Assembly: GCA_963777505.1 (NCBI GenBank)
Contig: CAVZQN010000001.1
Location: 608,001-672,000 of the forward strand
Direction: 5' to 3'
Source of the DNA: an uncultured bacterium
GTDB lineage: Bacteria; Acidobacteriota; HRBIN11; JAKEFK01
Length of the DNA: 64,000 bases
In this document: one piece after another, positions 31,071 through 41,349 of the stretch
Layout of the letters: the number at the start of each line of letters is the position of its first letter
Position numbering within the stretch: the first letter of the stretch is position 1
Translations under genes and position numbers: made by a program
The notes under the pieces: generated by a model
What the model saw: the letters and a program-made list of their open reading frames with translations, nothing else
Told to the model about the DNA's origin: nothing
The model's database searches: none

Positions 31071-33887
31071 GTGTCGGAACGTACTGACAAAATCATCCGT
31101 AAGATGGGGCGGTACACCCTCGTTGATAAGCTCGGACAAGGCTCAATGGGCGTGGTGTATAAAGCCTACGATGAAATGCTCGATCGTTATGTCGCATTGA
31201 AAACCATGGTCAGTGATATGACCACTGACACTGAACTCCGAAAACGTTTCTATCAAGAAGCACGACTGGCCGCAAAGATTAATCATCCTTATATCATCAC
31301 TGTCTTCGATCTTGGCGAAGTGGAAGGCCAAATTTATATCGCAATGGAACTTCTTGAGGGCGAAGATCTGAAGTCATTCCTCAAAGAAGGAAAGCCGCTT
31401 TCGATGGAACAAAAAGTGGATTGGATGATTCAACTGGCTGAAGCTTTCAAATTTGCGCACGATGAAGGGATCATACATCGAGACATCAAGCCCGGAAACA
31501 TTCACATTCGTAGTAGCGGGGATCTGGTAGTTATGGATTTTGGTATCGCACGAGCCGCATCATCAGACATTACCCGAGCAGGCGCTATTATCGGAACTCC
31601 AGAATACATTTCTCCTGAACAGATCCTTGCAATTAAAGTGGATCATAGAGCTGATATTTTTTCACTCGGGCTTGTCTTTTATGAAATTCTGACACGTACA
31701 CATCCATTTCGAAGTGCGAATCTTCCTGCCACAATCCACCGGGTCTTGAATGAAAATCCTGTGCCGCCAAATCAGGTTGATCACACGATTCCTGTACGTC
31801 TAAGTGACCTTGTAATGAAAGCCATGGCCAAAGATGTTGCAGATCGCTATCAGAACTGTAAAGAGATTCTCCAGGAGTTGCTCAATTGCCGTGAAGAGTT
31901 TTCACGTCAGGCTCGAACGCTTGTGAATGCCCGGGATATTTTAAATCACGAAACGATTACTTATATCACTCGTCTTCAGGATTTATATCCACGCCGGGAA
32001 TTCCTCGAGATTTGCGAAGAACTTAATTACGATCCATCAACGGGACATTTGAGCGATCCACCTTTGCCGCAGGAACCTACGTACACGCAGGCGAGTGAGT
32101 TTTATGCGAAGTCTCATCAGAGAATGGTGCGGGCAAAACATTACATTGAAGGCTCAGCACAAATCGAAAGTATCATGCAAGCTGGTAAGGCGCTGTATGC
32201 AGCGGGGAATTATCAACAATGTATCGAACAGATGAATATTATTCTTGCTTATTCACCGGGTCACGAACTTTCTGCCGAATACATTCAACAATGCCAACAT
32301 CGAATCCGCGAGCAGGAAGAACTTCAAGAACGACGGCGATACATCATTCAGGCTGAACAGGAAATTATGAATTTTTTTCAGGCCGGCGATATCACAAACT
32401 GTCACCGCGGCGCTCTAACGTTGTTAGGAATTGATCCTGAAAACGGCATTGCAAACAGTTATCTGAAAAAATGTGAAGAACGTCGTAGCCGCGAAGAACA
32501 AGCATCCGAACGAAAACGCGAAATTGAAAGTTATCTCGAAAAAGCTCAAGAACTGTTTGATCAAAAGCATTTTGAAGAATGTGGGGAGATGTTGAACCAG
32601 TGCGAAGCTATAGAGCCGCGTAACCCTGCAGTTCGTTCTTTGAGGGCCCGTTACCAAAATGCATTGCGTTCTGCAGAAAAGCGCGAAAAACAACAAAGTG
32701 AATTTCTAGACACGATGAACCGTGCAATCAGCCTGCGTACGAAAGGTGAGTTGAACAAAGCACTTAATTTATTTCTGATCGCTCGGAAACTTCATCCCGA
32801 TTCCCAGGATGTTGCAAGAGAAATTCAAGCAACTGAACAAGAAATTCGCTCCGGCGAGGAATATCGCGAAAAACTAGCGCGTCCTCGCTCTACATCAATT
32901 TGGGTGTATCCCTTAATCCTGATTTTGTTACTCGCAGCCGGTCTTTATTTTTGGCCGAAGTCTAATGTCAGCAAAGATGAAACACAGAAAGTGATTTCAA
33001 CAGCGCGTGAACAAATGCAGAAGGGAGATCTGGAAGGCAGTCTTAAAACTCTTCAAGACTTCACTGCCAAGGAGCCCACGAATGCAGAAGCAAGAAACCT
33101 GCTTCAAGAAGTTAATAATCGGATAGCTCAAAAACAGACGGCCTCTCAAAAAGATCAAGTTGCCAAACTACTCGAAAATGCCCAGCGCGAAGAACAACAA
33201 AAAAACTATCAGAAAGCAATCGGATATTATGAAGACATTCTCAAAATTGATCCGTTGAATGAACAAGCACAAAACGGATTAACAAACGCAAGAGTTGAAC
33301 TTGCAAATACTACGAGCCGTGAAAAGCTTCAAGAGGAAATCGATCGAGCTTATAGTCAAGCGAGGAAAGATTTCGACCAACGCAAATATGCGAAAGCCAA
33401 ATTAGAACTGACTCAGATTCTTGCTCTGGAACCAGGAAATGCAAAAGCAAAAGCGTTGTTAGCTGAAGTGGAAAAGAAGCTTGAAGGGCCGCCAGTAGAG
33501 GTTCCTGATACTTCAGCCAAAATCAATTCTCTTCTGACTTCCGCTAGAAATGAAATTCAGAGGAAAAACTATGATCGAGCCAAAGCCGCATTAGCTGAAC
33601 TTGCCAAGTTAGATCCAAATCATCCTCAATTGGGGCCGCTGCGCAAAACGATCGAACAAGAAACATCGGGCCCTCGATATGGGTCCATTACAATTAATTG
33701 TGAACCGTTTGGAAATGCTTTTCTTGATGGTCAGCCGATTGGCGAGACACCGATTCCCTTGCGAAAGATTCTTGTTGGACAGCATGTGATCAGTGTAAAA
33801 AGGCCCGGGTTTAAAGAGGTATCAAAAACAATTAATGTACAGGAAGATACCGTCCAACATTTGCAGTTTGCTTTAGAAAAGGAATGA
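31071..33887 (+). CDS. Membrane Ser/Thr kinase with TPRs on both sides of the membrane and a C-terminal PEGA domain
   Basis: HRDIKPGN, DFGIA, SPEQ; TM WVYPLILILLLAAGLYFW; PEGA-like DGQPIGETP..GQHVI..PGF. Confidence 0.9.
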   Translation: MSERTDKIIRKMGRYTLVDKLGQGSMGVVYKAYDEMLDRYVALKTMVSDMTTDTELRKRFYQEARLAAKINHPYIITVFDLGEVEGQIYIAMELLEGEDLKSFLKEGKPLSMEQKVDWMIQLAEAFKFAHDEGIIHRDIKPGNIHIRSSGDLVVMDFGIARAASSDITRAGAIIGTPEYISPEQILAIKVDHRADIFSLGLVFYEILTRTHPFRSANLPATIHRVLNENPVPPNQVDHTIPVRLSDLVMKAMAKDVADRYQNCKEILQELLNCREEFSRQARTLVNARDILNHETITYITRLQDLYPRREFLEICEELNYDPSTGHLSDPPLPQEPTYTQASEFYAKSHQRMVRAKHYIEGSAQIESIMQAGKALYAAGNYQQCIEQMNIILAYSPGHELSAEYIQQCQHRIREQEELQERRRYIIQAEQEIMNFFQAGDITNCHRGALTLLGIDPENGIANSYLKKCEERRSREEQASERKREIESYLEKAQELFDQKHFEECGEMLNQCEAIEPRNPAVRSLRARYQNALRSAEKREKQQSEFLDTMNRAISLRTKGELNKALNLFLIARKLHPDSQDVAREIQATEQEIRSGEEYREKLARPRSTSIWVYPLILILLLAAGLYFWPKSNVSKDETQKVISTAREQMQKGDLEGSLKTLQDFTAKEPTNAEARNLLQEVNNRIAQKQTASQKDQVAKLLENAQREEQQKNYQKAIGYYEDILKIDPLNEQAQNGLTNARVELANTTSREKLQEEIDRAYSQARKDFDQRKYAKAKLELTQILALEPGNAKAKALLAEVEKKLEGPPVEVPDTSAKINSLLTSARNEIQRKNYDRAKAALAELAKLDPNHPQLGPLRKTIEQETSGPRYGSITINCEPFGNAFLDGQPIGETPIPLRKILVGQHVISVKRPGFKEVSKTINVQEDTVQHLQFALEKE

Positions 33888-33888
33888 A

Positions 33889-34521
33889 TCAATCCACCAG
33901 GTGATTTTGAATCGCATAACGGATGAGTTCTGCATCTGTCTTCATATTCATTTTTTCAAGAATACGCGTGCGGTATGTATTTACCGTACTGACACTTAAA
34001 AATAGCTCACCGGAAATTTCTTTTACGGTTTTGCCGCTGGCGATCAAACATAACACCTGATATTCACGATCAGACAGTGATTCGTGGGGAGGTCGATCCG
34101 ATGCAAGATCCAGCTCAGTCGCTAATTTCTCCGCTAGCGTTGGACTAACATATTTTCGTCCCTGTATTACCTTTCTTAGAGCCAGGATCAGCTCCTGAGC
34201 CGCGCCTTCTTTCGTAACGTAGCCGGCAGCTCCGGCCTTTAACGCGCGCACCGCGAAACGATCTTCAGGATGCATACTCAAAATAAGGACAGGAAGTTGA
34301 GGATAATCTAGCTTGATATCCTTAAGCAGTTCTAATCCACTTTTTCCCGGAAGTGAGATATCGAGTATGACTACATCAACCTCGTGTTTCTTTAAACCTT
34401 CAAATAGCTCACGTCCGTCCCCTGCTTCACACACAACATTCATATCGGGAGCTTCTTTAAGAATTTTTTTAAGACCTTCTCTGATTAGAACATGATCATC
34501 TGCAATGAGTAGTTTTGTCAT
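33889..34521 (-). CDS. NarL/LuxR-family response regulator
   Basis: IADDH, LDISLPG, LSDRE, HTH STVNTYR. Confidence 0.95.
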   Translation of the reverse strand: MTKLLIADDHVLIREGLKKILKEAPDMNVVCEAGDGRELFEGLKKHEVDVVILDISLPGKSGLELLKDIKLDYPQLPVLILSMHPEDRFAVRALKAGAAGYVTKEGAAQELILALRKVIQGRKYVSPTLAEKLATELDLASDRPPHESLSDREYQVLCLIASGKTVKEISGELFLSVSTVNTYRTRILEKMNMKTDAELIRYAIQNHLVD

Positions 34522-34534
34522 ATGTCCCTACATC

Positions 34535-36736
34535 CTATCTCGTATCCGTTTTAATCGGAACTCGCACTTTGACGGATGTCCCGTTTCCGGGTGAGCCACT
34601 TACTTCCACATCTCCCCCCAGAAACAAAGCCCGTTCACGCATACCCAAAAGTCCGAATGAACGACTTTTGGAAAGATCGTCCATCGTTACCCCGCGGCCA
34701 TTATCCTTTACTTCCATGATTAACTCGCCATTGTGTCTCGTTAAGAAAATATCCACCTGACTTGCACCAGAATGACGTGCAACATTTGTTAATGCTTCTT
34801 GCAAAATCCGGAAAATTGCAGTTTCGCTCTCACGGTCAGTGACATCAATAAAATCCATTGTGGGATCCAATTTGCATTCAATACCAGATCGAGACTGGAA
34901 TTCTTGTGCCTGCCATTCGATTGCAGATCTTAATCCGAGATGATCTAAAACTTCAGGTCTAAGCTCAGTAACGATCTTTCGTACTGATTTGATCGTTGCA
35001 TCCACTTTTTTCGTCATTGACTTAATTTCGTCATGCAGTAGACGCCGCGGCAAAACGGCGCTGGATTCAAGCAATTTATGACTTAAGAGTGAGAGATCCA
35101 TTTTTAAGGCTGTTAAAACTTGCCCGAGTTCATCATGAACTTCACGTGCAATTCTTGTCCGCTCTTCTTCACGAATGAATTGAAGGTGAGCTGATAAAGC
35201 GCGCATTTGTTCCCTCGATGCACGCAACTGTTCATCGGCTCTCTTCCGATCTGTTATGTCCTGAGAAGTACCCACCATTTTTTGAGGTTTCCCATCCGAA
35301 CCAACGACTACTTCGCCTCGTCCCTGAAGATAACGAATCTCGCCATCGGGCCAGACAATTCGATATTCGATACTAAAAGGACGTTGTGCGCGTCTTATTT
35401 CTTCGAGCGTTGGGAGGTCTTCCGGATGCACTCTCTCTAATATTTTTTCGCTCGAAATCTGCTCCGCTGGATCGAAGCCAAAAATACGATACATTTCCTG
35501 GGACCAACTTATTGAATTCGAATCAATATCAAATTCCCAACTCCCTATTTGTGCAATTCGCTGAGCAGATTGAAGTTGCATTTCATTTCGCCGCAATTTG
35601 TCTGCAGCCATCTTCTCTTTCGTAATATCGCGCACAATTTTTGAAATCCCAACCACTTCTCCTGCTTTGTTTCTGATAGGCGAAACTGTAAGGGAAACAT
35701 CTATTCGTGTACCATCTCTTCGAAGTCGAACAGTCTCCAAATTTCCTACAGCGCCACCTTCCTTCAAAAGTTCCATATTCAAACTATGTTCCAGTTTTTT
35801 ATCATCAGGCACAATGATACTGATATGAGATCCTAATATTTCAGCTGCGGTATGTCCGAACATGAATTCTGCGGATGGATTCCAACTTAAAATGATTCCA
35901 TCCAAAGATACACTGATGATCGCATCGTCAGAATACTGCACAATACTTGCAAGCTGAGAAGATAGCACTTCTGATTCTTTTCTTTGTATGGCGGTTCCAA
36001 GCATATTCGCAACTGTTTGCAAGAAATTCACTTCATCCTGATTGAATTCTCTCGATTTTTTTGTGTGCGCTCCGAGCACTCCAAATGGTTTATCGTGTCC
36101 CAGAATTACAACATTAACTCCGCTGTCAATTCCTAGATCCAACAAATATGGTGCCGGCTTAAATCTGTTTTCGTTCCTTAAATTCGAATAAAGGAGTGGA
36201 TCTTTTTTTTCTAACGTAAAACCGGCATTTCCACCGCTATCAAGTGAACGAGTTTCTGAAACTTCAACAGGCCAACCGGAAAAAGCGCGAAGGTTAAGTG
36301 ATTTTCGATCTGCCGAAGTTTCAACAATGTCACAAAACTCAACATCCAGAATTTGTGAAATCAAGAAGCAAGATTCTCTCATAAGCCCATCAAGATCTGC
36401 GCCACTCAGCGCACGCTGTCCGAGCTCAGCAATAACGCCATGCTGCAAGACTTGTCTTGCGAGTTGATCATCACTCTTTTGTAATGATGAGGATATCTCG
36501 AAGAGCACCTCATCCGTTTTTTCTAGAGCGGATGAAATTGAGTCGTAGGCATCATCGCGCTTCCTAAGAACAGAATTAACCTTGCTTAGTTCACCTTCGG
36601 CATCTTTTAATGCACTGGATACCTTGTTCAGTTCACTAGCTGTTCTTTCTATCTCAGAGGATGCACGTAGGATTTCCTGCTCTTTCGATTCCAACAGCTT
36701 GCGGCCTGCTATAAGATTCCGCAAAAATCGTAACAT
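34535..36736 (-). CDS. Cytoplasmic GAF-PAS-PAS histidine kinase (HisKA_3)
   Basis: RIAREVHDELGQ, EALTNVARH, DNGRG, GLLGMRER; PAS/PAC motifs. Confidence 0.93.
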   Translation of the reverse strand: MLRFLRNLIAGRKLLESKEQEILRASSEIERTASELNKVSSALKDAEGELSKVNSVLRKRDDAYDSISSALEKTDEVLFEISSSLQKSDDQLARQVLQHGVIAELGQRALSGADLDGLMRESCFLISQILDVEFCDIVETSADRKSLNLRAFSGWPVEVSETRSLDSGGNAGFTLEKKDPLLYSNLRNENRFKPAPYLLDLGIDSGVNVVILGHDKPFGVLGAHTKKSREFNQDEVNFLQTVANMLGTAIQRKESEVLSSQLASIVQYSDDAIISVSLDGIILSWNPSAEFMFGHTAAEILGSHISIIVPDDKKLEHSLNMELLKEGGAVGNLETVRLRRDGTRIDVSLTVSPIRNKAGEVVGISKIVRDITKEKMAADKLRRNEMQLQSAQRIAQIGSWEFDIDSNSISWSQEMYRIFGFDPAEQISSEKILERVHPEDLPTLEEIRRAQRPFSIEYRIVWPDGEIRYLQGRGEVVVGSDGKPQKMVGTSQDITDRKRADEQLRASREQMRALSAHLQFIREEERTRIAREVHDELGQVLTALKMDLSLLSHKLLESSAVLPRRLLHDEIKSMTKKVDATIKSVRKIVTELRPEVLDHLGLRSAIEWQAQEFQSRSGIECKLDPTMDFIDVTDRESETAIFRILQEALTNVARHSGASQVDIFLTRHNGELIMEVKDNGRGVTMDDLSKSRSFGLLGMRERALFLGGDVEVSGSPGNGTSVKVRVPIKTDTR

Positions 36737-36745
36737 GCATACAAT

Positions 36746-37603
36746 TTAACCATTGGCACAAAGAACACGCAAAGAGCTACGTTGCGTTTTGAGTTTAGAA
36801 AGCGCACGACATTGAATCTGACGAATTCGTTCTCTCGAAAGTCCAAGACGATGCCCGATTTCCTTCAATGTCCGGGGATGATCGTCGTCCAGTCCATATC
36901 GCAAACGTAAAACGGTTTCTTCGGTATTGTTTAAGTCGCTGAGAGCCATATGAACGCTTTTCCGCGCAGATTCGCGCATGAGATTTTGTTCAACTGTGTC
37001 ATCCGTTCCTTGCGAAAAAACCTCTTCAAGTGCACGTGCTTGTTCTGCACTGGCTGGATGATTTAAAGAAATTGCCTGGCCACCGGCGTCCATAATTTCA
37101 CGCAAATCATCGGCAGGAACACCCAATTCTGCTGCAATCTCCTTGACTGTCGGTCTACGGCTTAGCTGCTCTTCCTGTTTCATCGCAGTTAAACCTGCCC
37201 GATACAGCATATAGTTGACCTTTGCAGGCAAACGTACAGGGTGACCGAGGTTAGAAATGGCTGTCACAAGGGCTTGTCGGATCCACCAAACAGCGTAAGA
37301 AATGAACCGAACATTTTTGGTAGGATCATAACGACGAGCAGCTTCAATTAGTCCCATATTTCCTTCATGAATAAGATCTAAAAATGATACTCCGGCACCT
37401 CGATAGTTCTTTGCAATTTTTACAACAAATCTCAAATTGGCTTCTACTAAACGACGAAAAGCCTCTTCATCGCCCATTTTCTGAATTCTCGCTCCAAGAG
37501 CCTTTTCTTCGTCACCTGTCAGCAATGGAGTCAACGAAATTTCCCTCAAATACACCCCAAGTGTTTCACGTCCTTGTTTTGCTTTAGTTTCTTTAGAATA
37601 CAT
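36746..37603 (-). CDS. Sigma-70 family sigma factor (RpoD/RpoS-like, no region 1.1)
   Basis: YLREI, EANLRFVV, DLIHEGNMGL, YAVWWIRQA, SRERIRQI. Confidence 0.92.
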   Translation of the reverse strand: MYSKETKAKQGRETLGVYLREISLTPLLTGDEEKALGARIQKMGDEEAFRRLVEANLRFVVKIAKNYRGAGVSFLDLIHEGNMGLIEAARRYDPTKNVRFISYAVWWIRQALVTAISNLGHPVRLPAKVNYMLYRAGLTAMKQEEQLSRRPTVKEIAAELGVPADDLREIMDAGGQAISLNHPASAEQARALEEVFSQGTDDTVEQNLMRESARKSVHMALSDLNNTEETVLRLRYGLDDDHPRTLKEIGHRLGLSRERIRQIQCRALSKLKTQRSSLRVLCANG

Positions 37604-37793
37604 GTGGCACCTCAGAATCTAGAAGTTTTTGTGTAGGATAGTGTCGATTTCACCGATATCAGAATACGGAATTGGGATACTCGTAGGTATCAGCAGAACA
37701 ATCAATTGTGTGTCGTTAAAATTGCTACGTCCCCTCGTAAAACCATCTAAATATTGCGATTAACAACCGCAACATGTATCTTTATCCTCTGCA

Positions 37794-38990
37794 ATGAAAT
37801 CATTCTGGTTTTTCTTTCTTATTATTGTTGCCCTGCTGCTTTTGATGCAGGTTTACCTCGGCAGAAGCGTTCATTTGTGGTTATTAACGTTACCTATCTC
37901 GACAGTAAAACGCGTCTGGATTGAGCGTATCTTGATTGCCTTGCTAATTTACTTCAACTTGTCAATTCCTCTAAGAATCCTTATCAGAATGTCAACAAAT
38001 ATTGACCTCACATTTTTAAAAAATCTGTTCGTTATTCCGGGAACCACCTGGCTCATCACGATGATGATGATGGTGTTCTTTTTTTTGGCGAAAGATGCAG
38101 CGGGTTGGTTCTTATCGTTATTTAAAAATGAAACTGTAGATTTGAGCCGGCGTGCCTTCTTACAAGCGGCCGGGGCAGTCAGTATCGGCGCACCGCTTGT
38201 AATAACTGGATACGGCGCTCTAAAAACGTCTCGTGATTACGACATCAAAAAAGTCACTATTCCATTTGCGAATCTGCCCAGCGCTTTTGATGGTTTCACA
38301 ATTGCTCAAATCAGCGACATCCATTCGGGTGCTTTTATGGATGAAAAGGAAATGCTGAAAATTCGCGAGCTGATGGATGCACAACATCCACAAATTGCAG
38401 TTATGACCGGTGACCTGGTCGATACACTTGCTAAAGAAATTGAACCGGTAGCACGCGTATTTTCAAAACTGAAAACAGAGTATGGGATCTTCGGTTGCAT
38501 GGGCAATCATGATGTGTTTGATGATTATCGGGTTATTTCTTTCGCAATGAAAGATTCAGGAATTCAAATGCTTGAAAACTCCAATCATGTTTTACGCCTC
38601 AATGGCGATGAACTCAATTTACTGGGAATTAACGATGCAGGAAAACGTCGCAATCTTTCCGATTTGAAAAAGAGTTTGCAAGGAATTGATCCTGATGGAT
38701 TTAAGTTACTGCTTTCGCACAGGCCTGAATTTTTCGATAGCGCGGTTAAGGGTGGAATCGACTTGCAATTATCCGGGCATACACATGGCGGACAGATTGG
38801 TCTGAGTTTATTTGGACTTAACCTCGCCCCAACACAATTGTTTCAGGATTATGTCAAAGGTCTGTATCAAAAAGGAAAATCGAAATTGTATGTAAATCCA
38901 GGAGTGGGGATGGTTTTTGCTCCGGTAAGAATTGGAGTACGTCCTGAGATTACTTTGATTACTCTTCGTTCTTTACCGATTCACGGTTGA
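37794..38990 (+). CDS. Membrane-anchored metallophosphoesterase (YkuE/YaeI-like)
   Basis: DIH, GDLVD, GNHD, LLSHRP, GHTHGGQ; N-terminal TMs plus internal SRRAFL. Confidence 0.92.
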   Translation: MKSFWFFFLIIVALLLLMQVYLGRSVHLWLLTLPISTVKRVWIERILIALLIYFNLSIPLRILIRMSTNIDLTFLKNLFVIPGTTWLITMMMMVFFFLAKDAAGWFLSLFKNETVDLSRRAFLQAAGAVSIGAPLVITGYGALKTSRDYDIKKVTIPFANLPSAFDGFTIAQISDIHSGAFMDEKEMLKIRELMDAQHPQIAVMTGDLVDTLAKEIEPVARVFSKLKTEYGIFGCMGNHDVFDDYRVISFAMKDSGIQMLENSNHVLRLNGDELNLLGINDAGKRRNLSDLKKSLQGIDPDGFKLLLSHRPEFFDSAVKGGIDLQLSGHTHGGQIGLSLFGLNLAPTQLFQDYVKGLYQKGKSKLYVNPGVGMVFAPVRIGVRPEITLITLRSLPIHG

Positions 38991-39498
38991 AATTCCACGC
39001 AGAAAAGAATTCTCGGAATTTAGGATCTTCGCACAATGCTTTATTCAATCCGTAATACATTCTGACAAGATCATCAGTCTTTCGAATTTTTGAATTCAGA
39101 TTTCGTGCGAGTGACTCCCAAAGCTTTTCAGAGATTTCTGTACTGCTGGAAAGTAAAGCTTTAAAGTCAGCCCTGGTTAAGGTAACCACTGAAGTACGTT
39201 CTTCAGCTTCCACTGTTGCAACTGCGGCATGATCGTCGATTAAAGACATCTCACCGAAAAATTCACCGGGACCAAGCTTTGCTACTTCAATTTGTTCCTG
39301 TCCGAAAGAGAGAAAGATTCTGACTCTTCCCGTTACAATGATGAAAACAGAAATCCCAACAATTCCTTCTTCAATGATGTGCGTGCCGGGCTCGAAGCTT
39401 TCTTCCCTGAGTAATCCTTTGATCAGAGTTAGCTGCCGGTCTTCTAAATGCGAAAATAAGGATACGTTTTGTAGAAAGTCATCATCGATCATGGGCAA
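38959..39498 (-). CDS. Cyclic-nucleotide-binding domain protein
   Basis: LFSHL, GEFFGEMSL, ATVEA; no obvious HTH. Confidence 0.85.
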   Translation of the reverse strand: MPMIDDDFLQNVSLFSHLEDRQLTLIKGLLREESFEPGTHIIEEGIVGISVFIIVTGRVRIFLSFGQEQIEVAKLGPGEFFGEMSLIDDHAAVATVEAEERTSVVTLTRADFKALLSSSTEISEKLWESLARNLNSKIRKTDDLVRMYYGLNKALCEDPKFREFFSAWNFNRESVKNEE

Positions 39499-39500
39499 GA

Positions 39501-40145
39501 TTATATCCCCTGTCGCGATAGTTCACCAAGAATACCTGATAGCTGTTTGATATTCTCAATAGCATGATGACCGTCGTCTACAGGTTTTCCATCGCCAATA
39601 AGAACTGTGTTCATTCCCATTTCGCGAGCAGGTTTCAAGTTTCTTTCCATATCATCAATTAATAACACTTCATTGGGTTGTAAACTCAAATAGTTGATGG
39701 CGGTGCGATATGGTTCAGGATTTGGTTTCGGGATAAAGCCCATAGCTTCAATGTCAAAGATTCTTTCAAATTGATCACGGACTGCAAGAGCGTCCAAAAC
39801 ACGGTTGGCATGTTTCATATCGCTGTTGGTGAAAATTAATTTTCGCGCACGAACCTGATCAAGCGTCATTCTTAATTCTTCATCCGCTGAAATGAATTCA
39901 TGCACAGGTACATCATGCACATAATCCAAAAAATCTCGAGGATTAACGTTATGATGAAGCATCAATCCACGCAAAGTAGTTCCATATTTAACGAAATAAT
40001 TGTTTCGAAAATCATTTACATCCATTGGAGAAACTTGAAGATTTGCAATAAGCCAATCGTTCATCCTCTGGTCAATTAAATCGAAAATGCCGCAGCTTTC
40101 GGAATAGAGCGTATTATCCAAATCAAATAAAATTGCCTTCAACAT
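39501..40145 (-). CDS. Pyrimidine 5'-nucleotidase-like HAD hydrolase
   Basis: FDLDNTLY, YGTTLRGL, FTNS, KP, IDD. Confidence 0.9.
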   Translation of the reverse strand: MLKAILFDLDNTLYSESCGIFDLIDQRMNDWLIANLQVSPMDVNDFRNNYFVKYGTTLRGLMLHHNVNPRDFLDYVHDVPVHEFISADEELRMTLDQVRARKLIFTNSDMKHANRVLDALAVRDQFERIFDIEAMGFIPKPNPEPYRTAINYLSLQPNEVLLIDDMERNLKPAREMGMNTVLIGDGKPVDDGHHAIENIKQLSGILGELSRQGI

Positions 40146-40156
40146 TTTTTACCTTT

Positions 40157-40280
40157 TTTGTAGTAAGGTACGCAGTTCGGACGCATGTATGCGGCCGAAC
40201 AGTACCGTGAAAAGCAATGGCGCTGCTTCTCTTGCTTGCGGCACTGCTTCGCTCCGCTCAGCTGCGTGCCTTACTACAAA
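40157..40280. repeat. Structured MITE/REP-like element with 19-bp terminal inverted repeats
   Basis: TTTGTAGTAAGGTACGCAG ... CTGCGTGCCTTACTACAAA (18/19), internal hairpin GTTCGG-A-CGCAT..ATGCG-G-CCGAAC. Confidence 0.7.
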
Positions 40281-40285
40281 CATCT

Positions 40286-41314
40286 TTATAGCCTGACTGT
40301 TGGATTATCCGTCTCAAGACAGGCTTGAATATTTCTGTATAGTCTTGAAACTAGATCTTTTTGATGGTCTAAAGTTGCATTTGCAATTGTTATCAGTTGA
40401 TTGTTAAAAACGATTAATTCCAAATAATTTGCTAAGTTATTGCAACGCCGTGAAAGACGGATTCCTTGTTCGAGCACATTATCAACAACTTCAAGATCTT
40501 CCATCGCAGGAATCATGTCTCGAACATTTTCGGACAGGTCTGCCAACAGCTTTAAACTATCCTCAACCATCCGCATTGCATCTTCGAGTTTGTTGATCCA
40601 CTCCCTATGATCCTGGCTATAATCAGAATTCTCCCGAATATTTTGTTCAAAATTGTTGGCGTGTATCCGAACCGATTTATAGAATTCATCTAACCGCGAA
40701 TGTACCTGCGAAAGAATCGTCCATTCTTTAAGCGGCTGCAAGCTTATTTCAAGTACTGATGATCCAATTCCGATTTTGTCACCCGGGTTAATTAAAACGC
40801 CATCATCAACATATTTTTCATTCACCCTCACATGAACTCCTGGTTTTGCGAAATCTATTTTCCAGTGACGATCTTTGCGAGTTAGGTTTAGATGACGTCC
40901 CGATACGCTCGGATCATCGATTGGAATATGATTTTCTTGCAAGCTTCGACCAATTTTGAGAAAGGGCTGGCTAATGAGAAGCCTCTGACGAATCACACTG
41001 GCTGGATCTTGAACAATGATTTCGGGTAAAGAGGGCGGCGCATTCACAAAGAAAACGATGGTATAAGCATCGAGCCTGATATAGTCTCCAGTTTTCAATT
41101 CTTTTCTTTGAATTTTTTCACCATTAACGTAAGTGGAGTTTGCGCTTCCAAGATCTTCGGCACACCAAATGCCATTTGCATCAAAAATGCGTAGATGGCT
41201 TTTTGAAACCGTAGGAAAATTTAGTTGAAGATCTGCCTCTGGAGAACGCCCAATGACAACCTCTTTTTCAATTGGGTATTCAACTCGCAGGGTTTTGTTT
41301 ATAAGGATTGCCAT
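40286..41314 (-). CDS. Tandem FHA-domain protein with helical C-terminus
   Basis: IGRS..VSKSH..DLGSANSTYVNG; second IGRS..VSGRH. Confidence 0.88.
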   Translation of the reverse strand: MAILINKTLRVEYPIEKEVVIGRSPEADLQLNFPTVSKSHLRIFDANGIWCAEDLGSANSTYVNGEKIQRKELKTGDYIRLDAYTIVFFVNAPPSLPEIIVQDPASVIRQRLLISQPFLKIGRSLQENHIPIDDPSVSGRHLNLTRKDRHWKIDFAKPGVHVRVNEKYVDDGVLINPGDKIGIGSSVLEISLQPLKEWTILSQVHSRLDEFYKSVRIHANNFEQNIRENSDYSQDHREWINKLEDAMRMVEDSLKLLADLSENVRDMIPAMEDLEVVDNVLEQGIRLSRRCNNLANYLELIVFNNQLITIANATLDHQKDLVSRLYRNIQACLETDNPTVRL

Positions 41315-41349
41315 TGGGATCTATTTTAACCATCTTTGTGTCCGTGTAG

